Source of the DNA: an uncultured Dysosmobacter sp.
Lineage (GTDB): Bacteria; Bacillota; Clostridia; Oscillospirales; Oscillospiraceae
Direction: 5' to 3'
Length of the DNA stretch: 64,000 bases
NCBI GenBank assembly: GCA_963560095.1
Contig: CAUWNE010000003.1
Coordinates: 4,828 to 68,827, forward strand
In this document: positions 26,004 to 35,620 of the stretch, piece after piece
How the letters are laid out: every line of letters begins with the position of its first letter
Numbering within the stretch: position 1 is the first letter of the stretch
The notes under the pieces: generated by a model
Told to the model about the DNA's origin: nothing
What the model saw: only the letters and a program-made list of their open reading frames with translations
Databases searched by the model: none
Made by a program: the position numbers and the translations under genes

Positions 26004-28457
26004 ATGAATGAAAATAAATTCACCCCCAGAGCGGAGGAGGCCCTGCGCCTGAGCCAGGAGGCCGCCGGCGAGCTGGGCCACGGCTATGTGGGTACCGAGC
26101 ATCTGCTGCTGGGATTGATGCGGGAGAGCGAGGGCCTGGCCCATACGGTGCTGACCGAGGCGGGCCTTACCGGCGAGATGCTGGTGGAGATCATCAAAAA
26201 GAGCGTGGGGGCGGGGCTGCCCGGCAGCAATCCCGCCCAGGGGCTGACGCCCAGAGCCCGCCGGGTGGTGGAGATCGCCATGGAGGACTCCGTTCGGGGA
26301 GGCTTTAACTATATCGGCACCGAGCATCTGCTGGCCGGCATCCTGCGGGAGGGCAACAACATGGCCGTGCGGATGCTGCGGGTGGCCGGCGTGGACGCCA
26401 GACACCTGTACAGCGCCCTGATGCAGAAGATCAACGAGACGCCCAAGGGCCGGGCGGCAGAGACCCGGGCGGCCGCCGCCCGGGAGGACGGCAGCAAGAC
26501 CAAGACGCTCAAGGAGTTCACCCGGGACCTGACCGCCGACGCCCGGGCAGGCAAGCTGGACCCGGTCATCGGCCGGGACGGCGAGATCAAGCGGGTCATC
26601 CAGATCCTGGCCCGCCGGACCAAGAACAACCCCTGTCTGATCGGCGAGCCCGGTGTGGGCAAGACTGCCATCGCAGAGGGGCTGGCCCGGAAGATCGTGC
26701 TGGGCGATGTGCCGGACGATCTGCTGGACAAGCGGCTTTTGAGCCTGGACCTCTCCGGCATGGTGGCAGGCACCAAGTACCGGGGCGAGTTTGAGGAACG
26801 GATCAAGAAGGTGCTGGAGGAGGTCAAGAAGTCCGGCAACGTGATCTTGTTCATCGACGAGCTCCATACCATCGTGGGGGCCGGCAGCGCCGAGGGCGCC
26901 GTGGACGCCGCCAATATCATCAAGCCCGCCCTGGGCCGGGGCGAGATCCAGGTCATCGGCGCCACCACGCTGAACGAGTACCGCAAGTATATCGAAAAGG
27001 ACGCCGCCCTGGAGCGCCGGTTCCAGCCGGTGCAGGTGGGCGAGCCCAGCCGGGAGGCCTCCCTGGAGATCCTCAAGGGTCTGCGGGAGAAGTATGAAAA
27101 GCACCACAGTCTCCAGATCACCGACGAGGCCTTGGAGGCCGCTGTGGATCTCTCCGCCCGGTATATCAATGACCGCTTCCTGCCGGATAAGGCCATCGAC
27201 CTGATGGACGAGGCCGCCAGCCGGGTGCGGCTGGAGACCGACGAGATCTCCCCGGAGCTCAAGAGCCTGGAGGAGAAGCTGGCAGTGCTGACCCGGGACA
27301 AGGAGGCTGCCATCGAGCGCCAGGACTATGAGACTGCCGCCCAGCTGCGGGACATTGAAAAGAATTATCGGGAGCAGGTGGAGTCTGAGCGGGACAAGCG
27401 CCGCCAGAACCACACCGAGCACCGGCCGGTGGGCGCCGAGGACATCGCTGCGGTGGTGGCCGGCTGGACCGGCATCCCCGTCACCCGGCTCACCGAGGAC
27501 GAGGGACAGCGGCTGCTGCATATGGAGGAGACCCTTCATGAGCGGGTGGTGGGCCAGGACGAGGCCGTGAGGGCCGTGGCCCGGGCCATCCGCCGGGGCC
27601 GGGTGGGCTTGAAGGACCCCAAGCGCCCCATCGGCAGCTTCCTGTTCCTGGGGCCCACGGGCGTTGGCAAGACGGAGCTTTGCAAGTCCCTGGCCGAGGC
27701 CATGTTCGGCGATGAGAACGCCATGATCCGCATCGATATGTCCGAGTATATGGAGCGGCATACGGTCTCCCGCCTGATCGGCTCTCCTCCGGGCTATGTG
27801 GGCCATGACGAGGGCGGCCAGCTCACGGAGAAGGTCCGCCGCAAGCCCTACTCTGTGGTGCTGTTCGACGAGATCGAAAAGGCCCATGAGGACGTGTGGA
27901 ACGTGCTGCTCCAGATCTTGGACGACGGCCGGATCACCGACGCCCAGGGCCGCACGGTGGACTTTAAGAACACGGTGATCGTCATGACCAGCAACGTGGG
28001 CGCCAAGAACCTCACGGCCGCCAGCGGCCGCCTGGGCTTCTCCACCGAGGATAAGACCGCCGATCCCGACGCCGAGGAGAAGTTCCGTCAGGCCCGGGAG
28101 ACAGTCATGGCAGAGCTGCGCCAGACCTTCCGGCCGGAGTTCCTCAACCGGATCGACGATATCATCGTCTTCCGGGCCCTGACCGAGCAGGATATCCGGG
28201 AGGTGGCCCGCCGGATGCTGAAGACCGTCTCTGCCCGGATGGAGGGCATGGGCATCCATCTGGACGCTGGTGACGACGCCGTGGCAGAGCTTGCCAAGGA
28301 GGGCTTTGACCCCAAGTACGGCGCCCGTCCCCTGCGCCGGGCGATCCAGAGCCAGGTGGAGGACGCCGTGGCGGAAAAGCTGCTGGACGGCACCCTCCGG
28401 ACCGGCGATACCGCCCGTCTCACAGTGGAGGATCACAAGCTCTGCGTCACCAAGTGA
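26004..28457 (+). CDS. clpC: ATP-dependent Clp protease ATP-binding subunit ClpC
   Basis: Two Clp-N repeats, two AAA+ modules ([16 protein letters not shown]) and an internal UVR linker; 817 aa. Confidence 0.95.
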   Translation: MNENKFTPRAEEALRLSQEAAGELGHGYVGTEHLLLGLMRESEGLAHTVLTEAGLTGEMLVEIIKKSVGAGLPGSNPAQGLTPRARRVVEIAMEDSVRGGFNYIGTEHLLAGILREGNNMAVRMLRVAGVDARHLYSALMQKINETPKGRAAETRAAAAREDGSKTKTLKEFTRDLTADARAGKLDPVIGRDGEIKRVIQILARRTKNNPCLIGEPGVGKTAIAEGLARKIVLGDVPDDLLDKRLLSLDLSGMVAGTKYRGEFEERIKKVLEEVKKSGNVILFIDELHTIVGAGSAEGAVDAANIIKPALGRGEIQVIGATTLNEYRKYIEKDAALERRFQPVQVGEPSREASLEILKGLREKYEKHHSLQITDEALEAAVDLSARYINDRFLPDKAIDLMDEAASRVRLETDEISPELKSLEEKLAVLTRDKEAAIERQDYETAAQLRDIEKNYREQVESERDKRRQNHTEHRPVGAEDIAAVVAGWTGIPVTRLTEDEGQRLLHMEETLHERVVGQDEAVRAVARAIRRGRVGLKDPKRPIGSFLFLGPTGVGKTELCKSLAEAMFGDENAMIRIDMSEYMERHTVSRLIGSPPGYVGHDEGGQLTEKVRRKPYSVVLFDEIEKAHEDVWNVLLQILDDGRITDAQGRTVDFKNTVIVMTSNVGAKNLTAASGRLGFSTEDKTADPDAEEKFRQARETVMAELRQTFRPEFLNRIDDIIVFRALTEQDIREVARRMLKTVSARMEGMGIHLDAGDDAVAELAKEGFDPKYGARPLRRAIQSQVEDAVAEKLLDGTLRTGDTARLTVEDHKLCVTK

Positions 28458-28478
28458 TTCTGCCCCCATCAAAAAACC

Positions 28479-28749
28479 AAGCGCCGCCGCGAAGATTCGC
28501 GGCGGCGCTTCAGCGTGTCAAAAAGCCTCGCAGAGTTCGCCGCCCGCAGGCGGCGAATCAAGTGAAATCATTTTCTGCCGCGACATGTGCGTGGCTGAAA
28601 ATACTTCTCGCCCTGCAAGTGTGGAATTTGTCTGCCGCAGGCAGACAAATTATGCGCGCGGCAGGGTGTTGCCTTTTCAAAAAAGTGGCCGCAGCCACTT
28701 TTTTGACAGCCTCAAGCGCCGCCGCGAATCTTCGCGGCGGCGTTTTTTT
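28479..28749. repeat. Multi-hairpin element splitting a bidirectional terminator (same family as 16926-17280, opposite orientation)
   Basis: A-run plus AAGCGCCGCCGCGAAGATTCGCGGCGGCGCTT (28479-28510), then a 203-bp interior, then the reverse-complement copy (28714-28742) plus T7. Confidence 0.7.
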
Positions 28750-28813
28750 GTGGAGAGGGTCCGCCGTCAGGCAGGACCAGGGGAAAGCGGACTTTGGGGC
28801 GGCGATTGTGATG

Positions 28814-30175
28814 TTACAGCGGCGTTCCGTCCGGGACGGAGAGCTGCCGCAGGACCCGCCGCTGGATGGGAATGGCGGCCAGCAGGGTCAAAAGATCCGA
28901 TGCGGACTGGGTGATCTGAACGCCCAGCAGGCCCAGGGTCCCGGAGAGGAGCCACACCAGGGGGACAAAGAAGATCCCCTGCCGGGCCATGGCCAGGAAG
29001 GTGGCGGGGCCTGTGCGGCCGATGGTCTGGAGCATCATGTTGCTCATGGTGACCCAGCTCATGGTGCAAAAGGTCACGCACTGGAACCGCAGGGCGGCGG
29101 CGCCGATGGTGACGACCTCCGGATCGTCCCGGAACAGGGAGATCAGCTGAGGGGCGGCCAGAAAGCCCAGCAGGCTGATGACCGCCAGAAAGCCGGTGGA
29201 GGTCTTGACACAGAACCAGAAGCCCTGGCGGACCCGGCTGTAAAGCTGGGCGCCGTAGTTGAAGCCGCACACCGGCTGGAAGCCCTGACCGAAGCCGATC
29301 ATGGCAGAGCCGCCGAACATCATGACCCGCTGGACCACGCCCATAGCGGCGATGGCGGCGTCTCCATAGGGGCGGATGGCCCAGTTGAGGCAGATGGTGG
29401 CAAAGGAGGCCAGCCCCTGCCGGGCCAGGGAGGGGAGCCCGCCCCGGATGATCATGGAGAAGTAGGACCATTTCAGCTGGACGCGGGAGATGTGGATGTG
29501 GAGATTGCCGCCCCGGGTACAGCCTGCCAGCAGCAGGCAGAAGCTGACAAATTGGCTGAGGATGGTGGCCCAGGCCGCCCCGGCCACCCCCAGATCCAGG
29601 CCGAAGATCAGCAGCGGGTCCAGGGCGATATTCAGCACCGCGCCGCTGGCGATGCCCACCATGCCGTAGGCGGCGCTGCCCTGAAAGCGCAGCTGGTTGT
29701 TCAGCACCAGCGAGGCGGTCATCCAGGGCGTGCCGTAGAGGATCACCCGCAGATAGGACTTGGCATAGGGCAGGATGGTGTCTGTGGAGCCCAGCAGATA
29801 GGCCAGGGGCTCCAGAAAGATCTGGCCTAGGACGCAGATGAGAAGCCCTGCGGCCAGGGCGGCGAAAAATCCGGTGGCTGCCATGTTGGAGGCGGTCTCA
29901 AAATTTTGCCGTCCCAGCTCCCGGGAGATGAAATTGCCGCTGCCGTGGCCGAAAAAGAAGCCCACCGCCTGGATGACGGCCATCATGGAAAAGACCACGC
30001 CCACCGCCCCGGTGGCGCTGTTGCTCTCCAGCATCCCGACGAAAAAGGTGTCGGCCATGTTGTAAAAGGCGGTGACCAGCATGCTGATGATGCAGGGCAG
30101 CGCCAGGCGGCAGATCAGCCGGCCCACCGGCGTCTCGGTCATCTGATGAAATTTTTCCTCCTGCTGTTTTCCCAT
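28814..30175 (-). CDS. MATE family efflux transporter
   Basis: Starts MGKQQEEKFHQMTETPVGRLI. 12-TM MATE pattern; 453 aa. Confidence 0.9.
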   Translation of the reverse strand: MGKQQEEKFHQMTETPVGRLICRLALPCIISMLVTAFYNMADTFFVGMLESNSATGAVGVVFSMMAVIQAVGFFFGHGSGNFISRELGRQNFETASNMAATGFFAALAAGLLICVLGQIFLEPLAYLLGSTDTILPYAKSYLRVILYGTPWMTASLVLNNQLRFQGSAAYGMVGIASGAVLNIALDPLLIFGLDLGVAGAAWATILSQFVSFCLLLAGCTRGGNLHIHISRVQLKWSYFSMIIRGGLPSLARQGLASFATICLNWAIRPYGDAAIAAMGVVQRVMMFGGSAMIGFGQGFQPVCGFNYGAQLYSRVRQGFWFCVKTSTGFLAVISLLGFLAAPQLISLFRDDPEVVTIGAAALRFQCVTFCTMSWVTMSNMMLQTIGRTGPATFLAMARQGIFFVPLVWLLSGTLGLLGVQITQSASDLLTLLAAIPIQRRVLRQLSVPDGTPL

Positions 30176-30281
30176 ATCCAGTCCCCTCCCCGATTTGACT
30201 ACCTGTATTCTAACACAAAAAAGAGGTTTTTCAAATGGGCGGCTCTGTGGTAGACTGGAGAAAACGCCGAAAAGGAGCGAG

Positions 30282-31301
30282 ATGATGATGGAAGAGATGG
30301 AGAAGTTTTTGCGGGAGCTGCCCAAGGTGGAGCTCCATGTCCACCTGGAGTCCACGATGCCGGGAGAGCTGCTGGAGAAGTTTGCCGCCCGCCACGGCCG
30401 GCAGCTGCCCCGGCCCGGCCGGGAGCTGTATCAGTGCTCGGCAGAGGATCTGAGTGATTTCCTGGCCTTTTTGGACAAGATATGCTCCTATGTGGCAGAG
30501 CCGGCGGAGCTGACAGCGGTGGCGGAGGGATTTTCCCACAGCTGCCGGGCGGAGAACATCCGCTACGCGGAGGCAATTTTGAATCCCACCCACTGGCCCC
30601 AGTTCTCAGTGCCAGAGATCGTGGAAGCGGTGACTGAGGGCTTTGACCGGGGGCAGTCTGCCGGCGGAGCTGACTGCCGCTTTACCCTGTCCTTGTCCCG
30701 GGATCAGACGGCAGAGGAGGCCATGGACCTGGTGGAGACCATGATCCGCTGCCGGACGCCCCGTCTGGTCGGACTGTCCATTGACGGCAACGAGGCCCTA
30801 AGCGGCCGGACGGGGGAGCGGTTCCGCCCGGCCTTTCTGGCGGCGGGAGCGGCCGGCTTTGGCAGGACCGTCCACGCCGGAGAGAGCAGCGGGCCCGAGG
30901 GCGTCCGGGACGCGCTGGACCTGTTGGCGGCGGACCGGCTGGATCACGGCGTCCGGGGAGCGGAGGACCCGGCGCTGCTGCGCCGCCTGGCAGAGGAGCG
31001 GGTGCCTTTGAACGTGTGTCTGACCTCCAACCTGACGCTGCTGTACCGCCGGTCGGAGGAGCATCCCCTCCGAGAGATCCTGGACGCAGGCGCGGCGGTG
31101 ACGCTGAGCCGGGACGATCCCATGTTCTTAGGTGGCCTGACGCTGACGGAGGAGCTTGGCCGGGTGGCGGCCTTTGCCCGGATGACCCGGGAGGAGCTGA
31201 TGGCCTGTCAGGAGACGGCCATTTCCGCGGCCTTTTGCTCGGAGGAGACCCGGGCGGCCCTTCGCGCGGAGCTGGAATCGTTCCGGGCGGGCCTTCGGTG
31301 A
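30282..31301 (+). CDS. add: Adenosine deaminase
   Basis: KVELHVHLES, TVHAGES and SRDDPMF metal/catalytic motifs. AAAGGAG RBS 4 nt before the ATG at 30282. Confidence 0.85.
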   Translation: MMMEEMEKFLRELPKVELHVHLESTMPGELLEKFAARHGRQLPRPGRELYQCSAEDLSDFLAFLDKICSYVAEPAELTAVAEGFSHSCRAENIRYAEAILNPTHWPQFSVPEIVEAVTEGFDRGQSAGGADCRFTLSLSRDQTAEEAMDLVETMIRCRTPRLVGLSIDGNEALSGRTGERFRPAFLAAGAAGFGRTVHAGESSGPEGVRDALDLLAADRLDHGVRGAEDPALLRRLAEERVPLNVCLTSNLTLLYRRSEEHPLREILDAGAAVTLSRDDPMFLGGLTLTEELGRVAAFARMTREELMACQETAISAAFCSEETRAALRAELESFRAGLR

Positions 31302-31374
31302 CAGGGGACGGGAGGGGCGCATAGGATGGAACGTACCCACCGGGTATAATATCCAGGAAACGAGGGAGATCGTT

Positions 31375-31713
31375 TTGCGTATCAGTGAAGCCTATGAGCA
31401 TGAGCCCATCCTGCCCTATCAGGCAGAGGAGAGCTGCCCTGTGGGCGGCTGCAATAAGACCGGTACTCAGTGCGTGGATATCTCCGCGCCGTTGACCCTG
31501 ACGCCCACCGCCGCCGTGGGGACCGTCACCGTGACCTGTCAGGGCAGCCCCAGCATCACCTGCGTCACCGGGAACGACGGCGCCAGCTGCACCGTGACCA
31601 TGACCCAGCAGATCTGCGTGTCAGTGCCGGTGCGCTACGGGGTCACCCTGACCCCCTGTCCTCCCAGCATCGCCTGCGCTGACAACAACTGCGTCGGCTG
31701 CGGCTGCTGCTGA
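31375..31713 (+). CDS. Cysteine-rich, T/V/P-rich small protein of unknown function (112 aa, 13 Cys, C-terminus CVGCGCC)
   Basis: TTG start with GAGGGAG RBS, TATAAT at 31345-31350, and its own strong terminator. No recognised domain. Confidence 0.6.
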   Translation: MRISEAYEHEPILPYQAEESCPVGGCNKTGTQCVDISAPLTLTPTAAVGTVTVTCQGSPSITCVTGNDGASCTVTMTQQICVSVPVRYGVTLTPCPPSIACADNNCVGCGCC

Positions 31714-31720
31714 GTCCCCG

Positions 31721-31763
31721 GTCCGTCCGCCGCCGGAATTCTCCGGGGCGGACGGACTTTTTT
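31721..31763 (+). terminator. Rho-independent terminator of the Cys-rich gene
   Basis: GTCCGTCCGCC...GGCGGACGGAC stem with a nested CCGGAattcTCCGG, followed by T6. Confidence 0.85.
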
Positions 31764-31856
31764 GTGTGGATTTTGCCGGGAAATCCGCTCTTGCAACGGT
31801 TCCAGGGAATGGGGTATACTAAAATACGAAATACAATACCAGAAAGGATGATCTCT

Positions 31857-33131
31857 ATGACCGCGTATCCCAAGATGACCGGCGAGGAGCGCAGGGCGGA
31901 GTATGCCCGGCTGCAACAGGAATTTGAAGAACTCAAGGCCCGGGGCTTGCAGCTGAACATGGCCCGGGGCAAGCCCGGCAAGGCCCAGCTGGACCTGGTC
32001 AGCGACATTTTTGATTTGATGAAGCAGCCGGAGGACTACGTGTCCGACGGCGTGGACGTGCGCAACTACGGCGAGCTCAGCGGCCTGCCTGCCGCCAAGA
32101 GACTGTTTGCCGAGATCCTGGGCTGCCGGCCCCAGCAGGTGTTCGTGGGCGGCAACGCCAGCTTGCAGCTGATGTACGACACGATCTCCAAGGCCTATAC
32201 CCACGGCCTGCTCCACAGTGAGCGGCCCTGGTGCAAGGAGCCTGTGGTGAAGTGGCTCTGCCCCGCCCCGGGCTATGACCGCCACTTCAAGGTCACCGAG
32301 TCCTTTGGCTTTGAGCTGATCACCATTCCCATGACCGACGAGGGCCCCGACATGGACGCCGTGGAGGAAGCGGTGAAGGATAGCGCGGTGAAGGGTATCT
32401 GGTGCGTGCCCAAGTACTCCAACCCCGACGGCATCATCTACTCCGACGATGTGATCCGCCGCATGGCGTCCTTGAAGCCCGCCGCGCCGGATTTCACCAT
32501 CATGTGGGACAACGCCTACTGCATCCATGAGTTCGAGGGGGAGTATGTGGACTTCCCGGACATCCTGAGCCTGTGTGAAGAGGCCGGAAATCCGGACATG
32601 GTCTTTGAGTTTGCCTCCACCTCCAAGGTGACCCTGCCCGGCGCGGGCATCTCCTGCTTTGCCTGCTCTGAGGCCAACATGGCCCATATGGAAAAGCTCA
32701 TCGGCATCCAGGTCATCAGCTTTGACAAGGTGAACCAGCAGCGCCATGTGCTGTATCTGAAAGACAAGGCCCACACCCTGGAGCTGATGAAGCGCCATGC
32801 TGCCATCATGGGCCCCAAGTTCCGCTGTGTGGTGGACGCTCTGGACCGGGAGATCGCCCCGCTGGAGATCGCCTCCTGGCGGCGGCCAAAGGGCGGCTAC
32901 TTCGTCTCCCTGAACGCCATGCCCGGCACCGCCAAGCGGACGCTGGCGCTGTGCAAGGAAGCTGGCGTCACCATGACCGGCGCCGGCGCCACCTTCCCCT
33001 ATGGCAAGGACCCCCAGGACAGCAACATCCGCATCGCCCCCTCCCTGCCCCCGGTGGAGGAGCTGGAGCAGGCCATCGCGGTGCTGTGTGTCTGCCTGAA
33101 AATTTCTGCGTTGGAGGTACTGGGCGTATGA
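31857..33131 (+). CDS. PLP-dependent aminotransferase-fold enzyme (class I/II fold)
   Basis: 424 aa. Own promoter TTGCAA-17-TATACT. Conserved ASTSKVTLPGAG lysine region. Start chosen at the ATG 9 nt after GAAAGGA. Confidence 0.8.
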   Translation: MTAYPKMTGEERRAEYARLQQEFEELKARGLQLNMARGKPGKAQLDLVSDIFDLMKQPEDYVSDGVDVRNYGELSGLPAAKRLFAEILGCRPQQVFVGGNASLQLMYDTISKAYTHGLLHSERPWCKEPVVKWLCPAPGYDRHFKVTESFGFELITIPMTDEGPDMDAVEEAVKDSAVKGIWCVPKYSNPDGIIYSDDVIRRMASLKPAAPDFTIMWDNAYCIHEFEGEYVDFPDILSLCEEAGNPDMVFEFASTSKVTLPGAGISCFACSEANMAHMEKLIGIQVISFDKVNQQRHVLYLKDKAHTLELMKRHAAIMGPKFRCVVDALDREIAPLEIASWRRPKGGYFVSLNAMPGTAKRTLALCKEAGVTMTGAGATFPYGKDPQDSNIRIAPSLPPVEELEQAIAVLCVCLKISALEVLGV

Positions 33132-33997
33132 GATATTTTGGAAGAGTGTTCCGCCCCCCCTCTGAGGCGTACAGCCTCATCGTCCAGGTGACCTACGGGT
33201 GCAGCCACAATACCTGCGCCTTCTGCGACATGTACAAGGAAAAGCGGTTTGCCCTGCGGCCTATGGAGGAGATTTTGGAGGATTTCCGTCTGGCCCGCCA
33301 GACCTACCGCCACGTGGAGCGAGTGTTCCTGGCGGACGGCGACGCCCTGGTGCGCAAGGCCAGCGAGCTCTATACGATCCTGGATACCATCCGGGAGCTG
33401 TTCCCTGAGTGCCAGCGGGTCACCACCTACGGCTCTCCCTCCAGCATCCGCCTTCGGACGGAGGAGGAGCTGCGGACCCTGCGGGACAAGGGCCTGAGCA
33501 TGATCTACATGGGCCTGGAGTCCGGCAGCGACGCGGTTTTGAAGCTGATGCGCAAGGGCCATCCGGCCGCCGAGATCATCGAGATGGGCCAGAAGATCCA
33601 TCACTGCGGCATGGCCCTCTCCGTCACGGCCATCACGGGCCTGGGCGGCCAGCCCCTGCTGGAGCAGCACGCCATTGAGACTGCCAAGGCGTTCAATGCC
33701 ATGAACCCGGAGTATATCGGCATGCTGACGCTGGTGGTGGAGGAGGAGACCCCCCTCTACGACTGGGTCCACAATGGAGAATTCCAGCTGCTGACTCAGG
33801 CCCAGGTGCTGGAGGAGACGAAGCTGCTGGTGGAGAACCTGGACAGCCCCGGCAGCGTGTTCCGGATGAACCACGCCTCCAACTATTTGCTGCTCAAGGG
33901 TACGCTGAACCAGGATAAGGACGCCATGCTGGCGGAGATCGCCAGAGCCAAGGCGGACATGAGCTGCCTGCGCCCGGACGCCTGGCGGGGCGTTTGA
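33128..33997 (+). CDS. Radical SAM protein with CX4CX2C cluster motif
   Basis: GCSHNTCAFCDMY motif; 289 aa. ATGA overlap with the preceding aminotransferase stop. Confidence 0.85.
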   Translation: MRYFGRVFRPPSEAYSLIVQVTYGCSHNTCAFCDMYKEKRFALRPMEEILEDFRLARQTYRHVERVFLADGDALVRKASELYTILDTIRELFPECQRVTTYGSPSSIRLRTEEELRTLRDKGLSMIYMGLESGSDAVLKLMRKGHPAAEIIEMGQKIHHCGMALSVTAITGLGGQPLLEQHAIETAKAFNAMNPEYIGMLTLVVEEETPLYDWVHNGEFQLLTQAQVLEETKLLVENLDSPGSVFRMNHASNYLLLKGTLNQDKDAMLAEIARAKADMSCLRPDAWRGV

Positions 33998-34065
33998 AAA
34001 CGATCACCGACCGAGATCCAAGAAACCGCGGCCCATCCCTTTTGGGATGGGCCGCGGTTTTGGTC

Positions 34066-34458
34066 TCAGGGGTCCAGGTGATCCAGCGGGAAGGGAGGCT
34101 GGGCCAGAGGGCGGACGGCCAGAGACAGCAGTAGGGCTTGATTGTCATCTGCCGCGATCCGGTTGGAGTGGAGCACACCACAGATGCGGCAGCGGTGGAT
34201 GATGGCCCACTCGCCGCCTTTGCGGACCCAGACAGATACCGGCTCCATCAGCCCGCCGCAGTCGGCGGAGCGGTCCCCGGGCTCGTTGTCCAGATGGACG
34301 CTGGATAAACAGTTTGGACAGTGGTTGCGGTGCTGGGTGCCTGCGTCGGCGGGGCCCACAGGCCAGCCGCAGGCACGGCAGGTGAAAACGTCGCCGCATG
34401 GATCGCGGCGAAAATCCGATGGACGGCGTTTGGGCTTTTGTGGAATGCGCTGAGACAT
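34066..34458 (-). CDS. RNHCP domain-containing zinc-ribbon protein
   Basis: Contains the literal QHRNHCPNC motif plus CRACG and CRICG. AAGGAGG RBS; 130 aa. Confidence 0.8.
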   Translation of the reverse strand: MSQRIPQKPKRRPSDFRRDPCGDVFTCRACGWPVGPADAGTQHRNHCPNCLSSVHLDNEPGDRSADCGGLMEPVSVWVRKGGEWAIIHRCRICGVLHSNRIAADDNQALLLSLAVRPLAQPPFPLDHLDP

Positions 34459-34579
34459 GATTTGCTTCCTCCTTGTTTTCGCTGTATTCAGCATACAGGA
34501 AAGCAGACGGGGAGACAACCGCTGACTCGATTCAGAAGAAAACAGGCGCCTGGCAGGGCTCTGCCAGGCGCCTTGTAAT

Positions 34580-34852
34580 TTAATCGTTTCGCAGACGGGA
34601 AATGATCTTCCAGACACTTTTCGGCGTCAGAAAGTAGTCCTCAGACAGCTGCGCGACAGGAGTTCCCTCCCGATAGCGCCGATAGATTTCCAAATTTCGG
34701 GCCAGGGTCTCCGCCTTGCGGCCATTGGCCGCGCCCCAGGCTCTGCGCGTTTCCGCACGCCGGGGGATATATAGATATTCACCGTCAATATAGGTTTGGA
34801 CCTGCTTGAGCAGATCTGGCGGCAGCACATCGGCTGCCTTCATATAGCGCAT
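34580..34852 (-). CDS. Small Mor/CD3324-like DNA-binding family protein
   Basis: MRYMKAADVLPPDLLKQVQTYIDGEYLYIPRR...YRRYREG pattern; 90 aa. Confidence 0.65.
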   Translation of the reverse strand: MRYMKAADVLPPDLLKQVQTYIDGEYLYIPRRAETRRAWGAANGRKAETLARNLEIYRRYREGTPVAQLSEDYFLTPKSVWKIISRLRND

Positions 34853-35132
34853 GGTGCTCCTCCAAAGATCAACGAATTTGGATCGAGCAGAGGCTATATG
34901 CCGCTGGCGCATAGCCTCTGCTACGCGCCAAGCACCGAAGTACAGTGGATCAGATGCAAAAAACGATTCCTCTTTTCTGTCAAGATTTCCAAGGATATGG
35001 ACACAACACCACAAGAGGGGACCATGCCCCTCTGGATCATTTACGGATCGTTCTCTTTTTTACAGGACCGACATCCACACACCTCACTTAGAAATCACCC
35101 CAATGGTATCATGCAGATCATGGGCTGTCAAC

Positions 35133-35165
35133 AAAAAAACGGACCGCTGTGGCGGTCCGTTTTTT
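35133..35165 (-). terminator. Terminator after pyrI (bidirectional architecture)
   Basis: A7, CGGACCGC-tgtg-GCGGTCCG, T6. Confidence 0.85.
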
Positions 35166-35179
35166 GCAGGTTGGGAAGC

Positions 35180-35605
35180 TTAAAATTTCTTATCCTTGGC
35201 GGTGTCGCAGTAGGCGCAGCGATAGGTGTGCTTCTCCGGGTCGCTGAGCAGGAAGATGGCGTCCAGCTGGGGCTCGCTGACAGTGATGCAGCGGGGGTTC
35301 TTGCAGTGGATGATGTTCACCAGCTTCTTGGGCAGCTCCACGTGCTTTTTCTCCACCAGGCGACCGTCCCGGATCACATTGACGGTGATGTTGGAGTCAA
35401 TGTAGCCCAGTACGTCGAAGTCCACCTCCATGGGAGAGTCGATCTTGATGATGTCCTTTTTCCCCATGTGGTCGCTGCGGACGTTCTTGATAATGGCTAC
35501 GGAGCAGTCCAGCTCGTCCAGATGCAGATATTTGTAGATGTCCATGCTCTTGCCCGCCTGGATGTGGTCCAGGACGATGCCGTTTTGGATGCTGTCGATA
35601 TGCAT
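35180..35605 (-). CDS. pyrI: Aspartate carbamoyltransferase regulatory subunit
   Basis: 141 aa with a C-terminal Zn domain (CKNPRC...CAYC). Confidence 0.95.
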   Translation of the reverse strand: MHIDSIQNGIVLDHIQAGKSMDIYKYLHLDELDCSVAIIKNVRSDHMGKKDIIKIDSPMEVDFDVLGYIDSNITVNVIRDGRLVEKKHVELPKKLVNIIHCKNPRCITVSEPQLDAIFLLSDPEKHTYRCAYCDTAKDKKF

Positions 35606-35620
35606 AGATCGTACCTCCCT

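Noticed and set aside
31375-33997. A single RiPP operon consisting of the Cys-rich precursor plus the aminotransferase and radical SAM maturase.
   Set aside because: A very strong Rho-independent terminator (31721-31763) and a separate promoter lie between the Cys-rich gene and the enzyme pair, so they are not one transcription unit. A functional link is not excluded but is unsupported.
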